64,000 nucleotides of DNA from an uncultured Acidobacteriota bacterium (lineage in GTDB: Bacteria > Acidobacteriota > Vicinamibacteria > Vicinamibacterales > UBA8438). The DNA lies in assembly GCA_913043225.1 (NCBI GenBank), contig CAJWLU010000007.1:64001-128000 (forward strand), in the 5' to 3' direction. A program made the position numbers and the translations under genes. Positions 19,056 to 28,287 of the stretch are shown here, piece after piece (position 1 is the stretch's first letter; each line of letters opens with the position of its first letter). Under the pieces are notes generated by a model. It was not told where the DNA came from. It worked only from the letters and a program-made list of their open reading frames with translations, and searched no databases.

Positions 19056-20483
19056 ATGACGACAGCCACCACCCTTGTCGACCTATCAGCCTGCGAGCTG
19101 CGCAAGGAGATCGGCCACCAGCACGTCTCGGCCCGCGAGGTCGTCGAGGTGCACCTGGCCCGGATCGAAGCCGTGAATCCGAAGCTGAACGCCATCGTCA
19201 CCGTGGTCGCCGACCACGCTCGCGCGGCCGCGGCGGCCGCCGACGAGGCCCAGGCTCAGGGTCGCGACCTAGGTCTGCTACATGGCTTGCCGATCGTGCA
19301 CAAGGACCTGTTTGTGACCGCCGGTGTGCGGACGACGTTCGGCTCACCCGTGTTCGCCGACCATGTCCCGGCCGAGACAGCCCTAATCGTACAGCGTGAG
19401 CGTGCGGCAGGAGCCATCAGCCTCGGCAAGACCAATACGCCGGAGCTTGGCGCCGGCTCGCAGACCTTTAACACCGTCTTCGGCGCCACGGCAAACCCCT
19501 ACGCGATCGACCGCACCTGCGGAGGAAGCAGCGGGGGTTCGGCGGTCGCGCTAGCCACCTGTATGACGTCGCTCGCCGATGGCAGCGACCTCGGAGGATC
19601 GCTCCGCAACCCCGCCAGTTTCTGCAACGTGGTCGGCCTTCGTCCGACACCGGGCCGAGTACCGCGCTGGCCCAACCCTGCTCCGCGTTTTCCCTTCAAC
19701 GTCCATGGACCAATGGGCCGCACGGTGGCCGACGTAGCGCTTCTACTGGACGCGATCTCCGGGCCGGACCCGCGCGATCCACTATCCCGGGAGTGGCCGG
19801 CCGCGCCAGTCAGCGGGCAGCTTGAACGAGACCTGACCAACGTCCGGGTGGCCTGGAGCCAGACCTTGGGCGGCCTGCCCGTGGAACCGGCCGTGCTGAC
19901 GGCACTTGCGCCAGTCCGGCAACAGCTCGAAGAGCTCGGCTGCGTCACCGAAGAGGCGGAGCCCGACCTGTCGGGCGCCGACGACATCTTCGTGATCTGG
20001 CGAGCGTGGTATTTCGAGCTGGCATTCGGGGACCTGCTCGACCGGCACCGTGACCAACTCAAGGACACGGTGGTCTGGAACATCGAAGCGGGGCGTGCGC
20101 TCACCGGTCCGCAACTCGGGGCCGCCGAACGTCTCCGCACCGCGCTTGACGAACGCTGCCGCAAGTTCCAGGAGCAGTTCCCGTTTCTAGTGCTACCCGT
20201 CTGCCAAGTCGTCCCGTTCCCGATCGACCAACCCTATGTCACTCAGATCAACGACGTGGCGCTGGACACCTATCTCGACTGGATGAAATCCTGCTACCAC
20301 ATTAGCGTGACTGAACTGCCCGCCGTGTCGGTCCCGGCAGGCTTCACTCCAGACGGCCTCCCGGTGGGCCTGCAGGTTGTGGGTCGGCCTGGCGACGAGC
20401 TCGGTGTCCTGCAGCTGGCCCACGCCATCGAACAGGCCTCCGGCACCTCCCTGCGTCGGCCTGTGATCGAATACTCATCATGA
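19056..20483 (+). CDS. Amidase (amidase signature family)
   Basis: Motifs HKDL, GKTNTPE, GGSSGGS and DLGGSLRNPA. Confidence 0.92.
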   Translation: MTTATTLVDLSACELRKEIGHQHVSAREVVEVHLARIEAVNPKLNAIVTVVADHARAAAAAADEAQAQGRDLGLLHGLPIVHKDLFVTAGVRTTFGSPVFADHVPAETALIVQRERAAGAISLGKTNTPELGAGSQTFNTVFGATANPYAIDRTCGGSSGGSAVALATCMTSLADGSDLGGSLRNPASFCNVVGLRPTPGRVPRWPNPAPRFPFNVHGPMGRTVADVALLLDAISGPDPRDPLSREWPAAPVSGQLERDLTNVRVAWSQTLGGLPVEPAVLTALAPVRQQLEELGCVTEEAEPDLSGADDIFVIWRAWYFELAFGDLLDRHRDQLKDTVVWNIEAGRALTGPQLGAAERLRTALDERCRKFQEQFPFLVLPVCQVVPFPIDQPYVTQINDVALDTYLDWMKSCYHISVTELPAVSVPAGFTPDGLPVGLQVVGRPGDELGVLQLAHAIEQASGTSLRRPVIEYSS

Positions 20484-21211
20484 ACGATACGCTCTCGCTC
20501 CTGAACCGCCACCGCAGCATCCGTCACTACACCGACGACCCGCTTCTCGAGGGGGACGTACGCGCGGCGGTCGCGGCCGGTCAGCGCGCCTCGACCAGCA
20601 GTGCCATCGAGGCGTATTGCTGCATCCGTATCCGGAGCGCCGAAACCCGGCAACGGCTCGTCACCCTGACCGGGGGCCAGACGAAAGTCGCCGACGCCGC
20701 AGGATTCTTCGTCATCTGTGGCGACACCCGCCGGCACCGGTTGGCAGCTGAACGAGCCGGCCGACCGTACGACTCCCGGCTCGAGGCGTTCCTGCTCGCG
20801 GTCATCGACGCGACGCTCTTCGCCCAGAACATGGCGCTCGCCTTTGAATCGCTCGGTTACGGCTTCTGCTATGTCGGCGGGCTCCGCAACCGGCTGCCCG
20901 AAGCGAGCGAGGCCCTCGACCTGCCACGCGGCGTGTACCCGCTCTTCGGCATCTGCGTAGGCCGTCCCGCCGAAACACCGATCGAACGACCTCGATTCGC
21001 GCTCGACGATGTGCTCCACGAAGAGCGCTACCCTGACGACGCCCAGGTTCTGCGCACCCTCGACGCACACGACGAAGCGGCGGCTATTTACTACGACAAG
21101 CGGGGGAACGAGATGCCGCGGTGGACTGAACGGATGATCGAGAAGTTCGAAACGCCGATCCGAACCCACCTCAGCAGCTACTACCGCGGCCAAGGCGCCG
21201 ACCTCACCTGA
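20480..21211 (+). CDS. NfsA/FRP-type flavin nitroreductase
   Basis: Motifs HRSIRHY, ASTSS, IDATLFAQN and YVGGLRN. ATGA overlap with the amidase. Confidence 0.88.
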   Translation: MNDTLSLLNRHRSIRHYTDDPLLEGDVRAAVAAGQRASTSSAIEAYCCIRIRSAETRQRLVTLTGGQTKVADAAGFFVICGDTRRHRLAAERAGRPYDSRLEAFLLAVIDATLFAQNMALAFESLGYGFCYVGGLRNRLPEASEALDLPRGVYPLFGICVGRPAETPIERPRFALDDVLHEERYPDDAQVLRTLDAHDEAAAIYYDKRGNEMPRWTERMIEKFETPIRTHLSSYYRGQGADLT

Positions 21212-21284
21212 GGGGCTCGGGATGGCGGACGCTAGACGAAAGTGATACAACGCTCCTCACGGTCCATAGGGGTCACCTCCGTAC

Positions 21285-21539
21285 GGCAGCCATCGGGCTG
21301 GCACCGGGCAGACCGTCGTGGACATTGGAGCCGGTACCTGGCGCATCACCAGATTGATAACCGAGGCGGTCGGCCCCAAGGGGCGAGTCTATGCGATGAA
21401 CATCACCCAAGAACTGCTCGGCCACGTGCACGCCGGCAAAGGCACGGTGACCGACGAGAGCAAGAAGGCGAGGGTCACACTCGCAGCCGAGATTCCAATG
21501 GCCCAGTGCCAGTAATGTCTGATGTTTCGCAAGCGCTGA
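21285..21539 (+). pseudogene. Collapsed SAM methyltransferase relic
   Basis: AAIGLA(P, frameshift)GQTVVDIGAGT...AVGPKGRVYA joined to a C-terminal-like GHVHAGKGTVTDE...Q*CLMFRKR*. Frameshift near 21305 and in-frame TAA at 21513. Confidence 0.7.
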
Positions 21540-21593
21540 CCGGGGGCAGAACCTCCTAGGATAGGATCCGCTGACGCACTCAGGAGAGAACTG

Positions 21594-23771
21594 ATGCAGA
21601 ACCGACTGACACGGGGACTCGCCGTAACCGGCCTGCCCCTTCTGATCGCTGCCGGCGCGGCTTGGCTGTCGCCGGACGTAACCGCGCAGATGTCCATAGA
21701 CGCGGACGACATCGGCGGCGTGGTCCGAAGTAACTCCGGTCCCGAGGCGGGGGTCTGGGTCATCGCCGAGACCGACGACCTCGATACTAGATTCCGCAAG
21801 ATCGTCGTGACCGACGTCCAGGGGCGTTACGTCGTGCCGGATCTCCCGACCGCCGAGTATCAGCTCTGGGTCCGAGGCTACGGCCTGGCCGACTCGATTC
21901 CGGTACGCGGTCGTCCCGGCGCGACGGTTGACCTGCGCGCTTCCGCCGCCGCATCTCCTAAAGAAGCGGCGGAAGTCTACCCGGCCAACTACTGGTATTC
22001 CCTGGTTGAAGTGCCACCACCCAGCGAGTTCCCAGGCACCGGCGAAAATGGCAACGGGATCTCGCCCGGAATGCGGAATCAGGCCGCCTGGATCGACGGC
22101 TTGAAGCAGGGCTGCCAGCTCTGTCACCAGCTCGGCAACGAAGCCACCCGCGAAATCCTGAATCCGAGCAACTACGACTCGACCGAGGCTGCCTGGGCCC
22201 ATCGCGTGCGGGCCGGACAGCGCGGCAGCATGATGGAAGGCTACCTGCGACGATTCGGCGAAGACCGAGCGGTGTCGATGTACGCCGAGTGGACCGACCG
22301 GATCATGGCCGGTGAGGTGCCAGACGCGCCGCCACGGCCACAGGGCCTCGAGCGCAACGTCGTGCTCACCATGTGGGAATGGGGCGGCGAAACCGCCTAC
22401 ATCCATGACGAGATCGCGACCGACAAGCGTGACCCGACGATCAACGCCGGTGGACCGATCTACGGCGTGGAGTTCGCGAACGATAAGCTGGTGTGGGTTG
22501 ACCCGAACACCAACGAAGCGCACGAGGTCCACATCCCGGTGCGCGACACCCCTGGCGAAGGCGACTTCGGATCGTATATCGACCAGGAGAACCTCGAACC
22601 CTCGATCTACTGGGGTGACGAGCTGATCTGGGACAATCCGGGCAATCCACACAACCCGATGATGGATGCCGACGGACGGATCTGGATGACCCATCAGATT
22701 CGGGGCCCGGGCAATCCGGCCTGGTGCCGGGAAGGTTCAGCGAATCCATATGCCCAGCACTACCCGATGAACCGGGCCGCCAGGCACGCCGCCTACTACG
22801 AGCCGGCGACCGAGGACGTCGAGCTGATCGACACCTGCTTCAACACTCATCATCTCCAGTTCGGGTACGAGGATGTGGAGCGGCTCTACTTCAGCTCGGT
22901 CGGTCCGGTGATCGGCTGGCTGGACGTAGAGGTCTACGAGGAGACCGGTGACGCAGAGGCTGCCCAAGGCTGGTGCCCGATCATCGTCGACACCAACGGC
23001 GACGGCCGGATCACCGAGTGGGTCAACCGCGCCGGCGAGCTCGACCCGACCAAGGACAAGGAGATGGGCGGGGGTTGGTATGGCATCGTGCCAGACCCGA
23101 CCGCCGAGAACGTCGTCTGGGCCGCCTCGGGCGGCGTACCTGGGCAGATCGTGCGGCTCGAAGTAGGAAACAACCCGCCCGAGACCTGCATGGCCGAGTA
23201 CTACCAGCCGCCGTTTGAGAACGCCGATGCTCCGATACAGGGCTACTCACCGCGGGGCATCGACATCACGACCGATGGGATCGTCTGGACGGCGCTGTCA
23301 GGCAGCGGACACATGGCCAGCTTCGACCGCAGTCAGTGCACCGTTCTCAACGGACCAACCGCGACCGGCCAGCACTGCCCGGACGGATGGATGCTGCATG
23401 CCACCCCTGGGCCTCAGATGAAGGGGGTCACCGATCATGGCAGCGCAGACTTCCACTACTACAACTGGGTAGATCAGTACGACACCCTGGGCCTCGGGCC
23501 GAACATCCCGATCGCGACGGGCAGCACGTCGGATTCGCTCCTCGCCTTCCTCCCTGAAGACGAAGAATTCGTGATTCTTCGAGTCCCCTATCCGATGGGG
23601 TTCTACTCGCGTGGGATGGACGGCCGCATCGATGACCCGGATGCCGGCTGGAAGGGCCGTGGCGTATGGGCCGACTACGGCACCAACGCCGTCTGGCACA
23701 CCGAGGGCGGCAAGGGCACGCAGAGCAATCTGGTCAAGTTCCAGATCCGGCCCGACCCGCTCGCTCACTAG
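21594..23771 (+). CDS. Secreted protein: carboxypeptidase-regulatory-like domain, single CxxCH heme motif and predicted beta-propeller
   Basis: Signal peptide, EAGVWVIAET, WVRGYGL, CQLCH, several additional Cys residues. AGGAG RBS. Confidence 0.75.
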   Translation: MQNRLTRGLAVTGLPLLIAAGAAWLSPDVTAQMSIDADDIGGVVRSNSGPEAGVWVIAETDDLDTRFRKIVVTDVQGRYVVPDLPTAEYQLWVRGYGLADSIPVRGRPGATVDLRASAAASPKEAAEVYPANYWYSLVEVPPPSEFPGTGENGNGISPGMRNQAAWIDGLKQGCQLCHQLGNEATREILNPSNYDSTEAAWAHRVRAGQRGSMMEGYLRRFGEDRAVSMYAEWTDRIMAGEVPDAPPRPQGLERNVVLTMWEWGGETAYIHDEIATDKRDPTINAGGPIYGVEFANDKLVWVDPNTNEAHEVHIPVRDTPGEGDFGSYIDQENLEPSIYWGDELIWDNPGNPHNPMMDADGRIWMTHQIRGPGNPAWCREGSANPYAQHYPMNRAARHAAYYEPATEDVELIDTCFNTHHLQFGYEDVERLYFSSVGPVIGWLDVEVYEETGDAEAAQGWCPIIVDTNGDGRITEWVNRAGELDPTKDKEMGGGWYGIVPDPTAENVVWAASGGVPGQIVRLEVGNNPPETCMAEYYQPPFENADAPIQGYSPRGIDITTDGIVWTALSGSGHMASFDRSQCTVLNGPTATGQHCPDGWMLHATPGPQMKGVTDHGSADFHYYNWVDQYDTLGLGPNIPIATGSTSDSLLAFLPEDEEFVILRVPYPMGFYSRGMDGRIDDPDAGWKGRGVWADYGTNAVWHTEGGKGTQSNLVKFQIRPDPLAH

Positions 23772-23779
23772 CGCACGTC

Positions 23780-23812
23780 GGCGGAGGCGAGACTCGACGT
23801 CTCGCCTCCGCC
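23780..23812 (+). terminator. Strong hairpin after the 725-aa gene
   Basis: 14-bp perfect stem GGCGGAGGCGAGAC/GTCTCGCCTCCGCC. No U-tract, so it may be a stabiliser rather than a terminator. Confidence 0.5.
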
Positions 23813-23830
23813 CCACCGGCGACGTCCTAG

Positions 23831-25015
23831 ATGGACTCCCCGCCCACGTCTCCCACTACAGCGAAGACCCACGGCACCGTCGACGATCTGGCGCTAGTGC
23901 TGGTCGGCGGTGGGGCTCGGGCTGCCTACCAAGTCGGCTTCCTCCGCGGACTGATCCGACAACATCCGCAGCTTCGTCTCCCGATCATCACCGGCAGCTC
24001 GGCCGGCGCCATCAACGCCGTCTACCTGTCCGCTCAGGTCGGTCCGCTCAAGGAAGCGATCGACGGTCTCGTGAACCTGTGGCGCGCTCAGCGGGTCGAG
24101 CAGGTGTTCCGGGTCGACACGCCATCGTTAGCCGCGCTGGTACTGCGCTGGGGAATTCGCTTGGTCTCGGGAGGCGGCGTGCTCACTCCCGAGGTCCAGG
24201 GACTACTCGACACCGCTCCGCTCCGGGAGTTCCTCGAGCGCACCCTGCAACCGAACGCGAGCGGCGAGATCGTCGGTATAGGTCGCAACATCGCGGCCCG
24301 TCGCCTACGCGCACTCGCGGTCACCACCAGCAACTACAGCACCGGCCAGTCGGTGATCTGGTTGCAAGGGGCCGACATCGAAGACTGGGAGCGGCCGAAC
24401 CGCCGCAGCCGCAAAGCTACCATCACGGTCGAACACATCATGGCCTCAGCCGCCATCCCACTGTTCTTCCCGGCTGTCCGCCTCGACGATGGGTGGTATG
24501 GCGATGGAAGCATCCGGATGATGACGCCCTGCTCGCCCGCCATCCATCTGGGCGCGCGCCGTATTCTAGCCATCTCAAACAGGTACCAGCGGTCGGCTAA
24601 CGAAGCGGATGAGCCGCTGATCTCGGGCTACCCCCCGCCGGCCCAGATCGCCGGTCAGCTGCTCCAAGCCATGTTCCTGGACGACCTCGATCGGGACGGG
24701 TGGAATCTGCGCCGACTGAACCAGCTCGTCGCCCCGCTGCCCCCCGAACACCGGCGCGGCCTCCACCCGGTCGAGCTTGTCATCGTCCGACCATCCGAGG
24801 ACCTAGGCCGACTGGCCCGCGCCTTTGAGCCCCAGCTACCGTTTCTCTTCCGGCACCTGACCCGCAGCCTCGGCTCCAGGGATACGGCCAGCCCGGATCT
24901 GCTGAGCCTGCTGATGTTCCAGCAGGACTACATCGAGCAACTCTTGGAGCTGGGCGAAGCGGATGCTGAACGACAGGCCGACGCGGTCGCGGAATTGCTC
25001 GCACCAGCATCCTGA
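23831..25015 (+). CDS. Patatin-like phospholipase
   Basis: Motifs GGGARAAY, GSSAG, ASAAIP and DGSIR. Confidence 0.9.
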   Translation: MDSPPTSPTTAKTHGTVDDLALVLVGGGARAAYQVGFLRGLIRQHPQLRLPIITGSSAGAINAVYLSAQVGPLKEAIDGLVNLWRAQRVEQVFRVDTPSLAALVLRWGIRLVSGGGVLTPEVQGLLDTAPLREFLERTLQPNASGEIVGIGRNIAARRLRALAVTTSNYSTGQSVIWLQGADIEDWERPNRRSRKATITVEHIMASAAIPLFFPAVRLDDGWYGDGSIRMMTPCSPAIHLGARRILAISNRYQRSANEADEPLISGYPPPAQIAGQLLQAMFLDDLDRDGWNLRRLNQLVAPLPPEHRRGLHPVELVIVRPSEDLGRLARAFEPQLPFLFRHLTRSLGSRDTASPDLLSLLMFQQDYIEQLLELGEADAERQADAVAELLAPAS

Positions 25016-25035
25016 CCCGGTACCATCTAGTCACC

Positions 25036-25244
25036 GTGTGGATGCGTGTGAGCGTCCCCGCGCTCCTGGTAGCGCTGAGCACCATGCGTGCGCTATCGGC
25101 CTAGGCCCGGTGTCGGCGCCGCTGGTCCCGTCTCCTCCGCCAATTGCCTACTCCGAGCGACCGACTGTCGGCAGACGACAGACGCGCCATCATCGAAATC
25201 GTGAGGAAGACCAAGTGGGTGTCCCCGACTACTACTGGAACTGA
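25036..25244 (+). pseudogene. Collapsed relic of an exported hypothetical protein
   Basis: TACCAT box, then a signal-like peptide ending at TAG 25102, then RLSADDRRAIIEIVRKTK and frameshifted GVPDYYWN*. Resembles a recurrent C-terminus of Acidobacteria/Planctomycetes hypotheticals (recalled, not searched). Confidence 0.45.
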
Positions 25245-26761
25245 TCCGTCGCGGTCTGAGCAAATCCGCTACGGATGGCCTGCCCAGGGAAAACGCCGTC
25301 CACCAGCGCTTCATCCCGCACCACGAACGTACCCCCTACCAGCACGTGGCGGATGCCTTCAGAGAAACGGTCGGGCGCCGCGTAAGTCGCTCGATCGATG
25401 ACCGCCTCGGGATCGAACAGCGTCAGGTCAGCGTCGGCGCCCACCTGAACGCGCCCCTTGGCGCGCATCGCTGGCACGATGGTCTCGAGTCGTCGGGCCG
25501 GGAGTAGCGTCATCTTGCGAATGGCGTCCATCAGTGTCAGCACCGCGCGATCACGCACATAGTGCCCAAGGATACGGGCGAAGGTGCCGGCCCCGCGCGG
25601 GTGGGCCTGGCCGTCGCTGAACGGGATCCCGTCGCTGGCCGCGATGACATCGGGCTGACTCACGATCCACTCGTTCGTCTCTTCTTCGCGCCCGTGCGTA
25701 ATCACCCATCCACCATGCTGGCGGTAGCGCTCGAACGACTCGGCCGTCAGTCGTTCGCCAGTCTCGACCCATTGCAGCCGGCCGTAAGCGTCGTCGCTCC
25801 GTCCGACCCATCCGTCGAAAAGCGCCGACTCGATGCGGCTCGCGCTGGCGGTATACGGATACGCCTCGGTCGTTATGTCAATCCCCTGGTTCACCGCCCC
25901 CCGGATCAGACCGAGCACGTCGGGCGCAGCCTCCCCCGCGCTGCTGTTCATGTGCACGATGTGGACCGACGCGCCGGTCGTAGCAGCGTTGGCGATCACC
26001 TCCTGAAACGGCGCGATGGCACCGCCGTTCCGAAACGCGCCACTCGACCGGAGGTGGATAAAGACGGGCGCGTCTCGTTCAGCTGCGACGCCGAAGAGCT
26101 GCCAGAGCTCGCGATGACTGGCGCCCGGTGTGTAGCTAATCCCGAAGCCGAAGCCCAGACCGCCCTCGTCGAGGCCGTCCGACATCAGCCGGGCGACGCG
26201 ACGAAGCTCGTCATCAGTGGCCGCCTCGTAGAGAAACGCGTCGTTGCCCCCACCCCGCCCGAGGGTGAACGTAGCGTCGCCAGCCGAGCGCGCAATCAGT
26301 CCCCCGAAGGCCTGCCGACGCGCGCCCTGGTGACTCACCGTGGCCCCGAAGTTCAGCAGCGCGCGGCCGTCACGCTCGGCGTACCACTCGGCCACCGGAT
26401 ACACCCCGATCTCGAGCTCCATCGCGGTCGTCACCCCGTCCCGCGCCTGGTATCGACTGCTCTCATGGTCCTGGCCATGCGCATGGAGGTCGATGAAGCC
26501 AGGCGCCACGACCAACCCCTGCGCGTCGAGCACCTCGTCCGCGGCCGGCTGCTGGCCGGAGACCGCCACGATGCGTCCGTCCCGTATGGCGACGTTGCGA
26601 ACCTCGTCTAGACCGGTTTCTGGATCCAGCACCCGTCCGGCTGTGATGAGCAGATCGACCGGCTCGGACGGCGGTTCCCCGCATCCGGTGACGACGCCCG
26701 TCAGCACGGCCACCGCCAGAGCCGTCCCTCGCCGCCTGCCCAGCACGTGCGCCACGCTCAC
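25232..26761 (-). CDS. Amidohydrolase, N-acyl-D-amino-acid deacylase-like lipoprotein
   Basis: Lipobox VVTGC. Motifs PGFIDLHAH, ASDG, HPRGAGTF and GADADLTLFD. GTGA overlap with the DASS stop. Confidence 0.85.
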   Translation of the reverse strand: MSVAHVLGRRRGTALAVAVLTGVVTGCGEPPSEPVDLLITAGRVLDPETGLDEVRNVAIRDGRIVAVSGQQPAADEVLDAQGLVVAPGFIDLHAHGQDHESSRYQARDGVTTAMELEIGVYPVAEWYAERDGRALLNFGATVSHQGARRQAFGGLIARSAGDATFTLGRGGGNDAFLYEAATDDELRRVARLMSDGLDEGGLGFGFGISYTPGASHRELWQLFGVAAERDAPVFIHLRSSGAFRNGGAIAPFQEVIANAATTGASVHIVHMNSSAGEAAPDVLGLIRGAVNQGIDITTEAYPYTASASRIESALFDGWVGRSDDAYGRLQWVETGERLTAESFERYRQHGGWVITHGREEETNEWIVSQPDVIAASDGIPFSDGQAHPRGAGTFARILGHYVRDRAVLTLMDAIRKMTLLPARRLETIVPAMRAKGRVQVGADADLTLFDPEAVIDRATYAAPDRFSEGIRHVLVGGTFVVRDEALVDGVFPGQAIRSGFAQTATDQFQ

Positions 26762-28194
26762 CACAGTCCAAGCACCTTCCACCACAGCATGCCAACCGGC
26801 AACCAGATCGCCAGGTTCCCAACCGAGGCATAGAAGCCGACCCGCCACCAGTCGTGCAGTGACACATACCCCTCGACGAAGATGATCGGCGACGTGGTGG
26901 TGCCGTAGTGTGTGAGACCGGCCATCAGATTGTTGACGAACACCAGACTATAGACCACCACTGGGGCAGGGGCACCCAGCCCCACGAGCATCGCCAGGAA
27001 CGGGGGGTACATCGCCAAGGCGTGAACCGTCGTGCTGGCAAAGAAGTAGTGCGTATAGAAGTAGACCACCAGCGTGACCAGAAACACGACAACCCAGGAC
27101 GTTGCGAAAAACCAGCTGCCAAACCAGGTCGCGAAGATGGTCGCCACCCCGGTGTCGTTGAGCACCCCGCCCATGGTCAAGAGCCCGCCGTACCAGACGA
27201 ACACATCCCAGGCCGACCGCTCGTCGAGCGCGCTGCCCCAATCGAGCGCACCGGTGATAAACAACACGGTGAGCCCGACAAACGCCACCAAGGTCGGCGA
27301 CAGACCATCCACCCAGGCCGAGATCACCCAGAAAATGATGAGCCCGATGAAGGTGGCGGCCACCACTGCCTCGCGACCGCGGATCGGTCCCAGCGCCCGG
27401 AGCTCCGTGTTAGCAAACGAGGAGGCGGCCGGCGTCCGGGTGAGGGTTGGCGGCAGTGTCCGGTAGACAAGATAGGGCACCACGAGGCTGGAGACCGCGC
27501 CCGGCAGTAACCCAGCGGTGAACCAGCTCGTCCAGGTGATGGTGACGCCGGCGAATTCCGCCGCCATCTCGCCCAACAGCAAGTTCGCGGCGCTGCTGTA
27601 GAAGAACATGGCCGAGGAGATGACGCTGCCCTGGTACATACAGGTCATCAGGAACCCCCCGAGCACGGCCGACGAAGCCCCCGGGTGCGACTTGTAGAGC
27701 CCGCTGATACTGCGCGCGATCGGAAACACGATGCTGGCCGAGCGGGCGGTGATGGACGGAACGCCGGTGGCCAGGGTGAGATCGGTCAGGTGGAGCGAGT
27801 AGCCAAGTCCGAGCGACGTGCCACCAATGGCTCGCACGAACCAGAGCGCCACGCGGCGCGCCAACCCGCAATCACGAAGCGCCCGCGACATCAGCATCGC
27901 CGCGAGCACCATCCAGACCGTCGGCGCGGAATACCCATCGAGCGCCCGGTCGAGCGGCACCCCCCCCACGATAAGCATCGCCGTGAGACCGAGCAGGACC
28001 ACCTGCGAGCCGGGCAACGGCTGCAGCATGAGCCCGCCGACCGTGGCGAAGAACACACCGACCTGGCGCCATTGCTCGGCGGTCACGCTGGCCGGAGAAG
28101 GCAGCAAGTGCGCCACAACGACGTAGATGCCGGCCAGCGCCAGCAGGCGCTCCCAGCGAACCGCCGGCCGCGCCGCTGCTCCGTCGGCGCTCAC
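26758..28194 (-). CDS. DASS family anion (di/tricarboxylate) transporter
   Basis: Motifs GVPSITAR, W..FVWYGG, HYFFASTT and LTHYGTT; CitT/YflS-like. Confidence 0.88.
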   Translation of the reverse strand: MSADGAAARPAVRWERLLALAGIYVVVAHLLPSPASVTAEQWRQVGVFFATVGGLMLQPLPGSQVVLLGLTAMLIVGGVPLDRALDGYSAPTVWMVLAAMLMSRALRDCGLARRVALWFVRAIGGTSLGLGYSLHLTDLTLATGVPSITARSASIVFPIARSISGLYKSHPGASSAVLGGFLMTCMYQGSVISSAMFFYSSAANLLLGEMAAEFAGVTITWTSWFTAGLLPGAVSSLVVPYLVYRTLPPTLTRTPAASSFANTELRALGPIRGREAVVAATFIGLIIFWVISAWVDGLSPTLVAFVGLTVLFITGALDWGSALDERSAWDVFVWYGGLLTMGGVLNDTGVATIFATWFGSWFFATSWVVVFLVTLVVYFYTHYFFASTTVHALAMYPPFLAMLVGLGAPAPVVVYSLVFVNNLMAGLTHYGTTTSPIIFVEGYVSLHDWWRVGFYASVGNLAIWLPVGMLWWKVLGLW

Positions 28195-28270
28195 GCCGCT
28201 CGCCCCATGGTCATCCGACGCACCTTACACTTCCCAGACGCATCGAGCCAGACCACCCGGAAGACCGCGG

Positions 28271-28276
28271 TATAAT
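28271..28276 (+). promoter_or_regulatory. Consensus -10 box
   Basis: TATAAT 11 nt before the CoA-transferase ATG, with no SD sequence. Confidence 0.6.
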
Positions 28277-28287
28277 CCGGCCTCGTC

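Noticed and set aside
21273..22694. 473-aa antisense ORF and other long shadow ORFs (e.g. 5763-6932, 25562-26611, 47785-48861)
   Set aside because: They lie opposite or out of frame to well-supported genes and have no motifs; typical high-GC artefacts.
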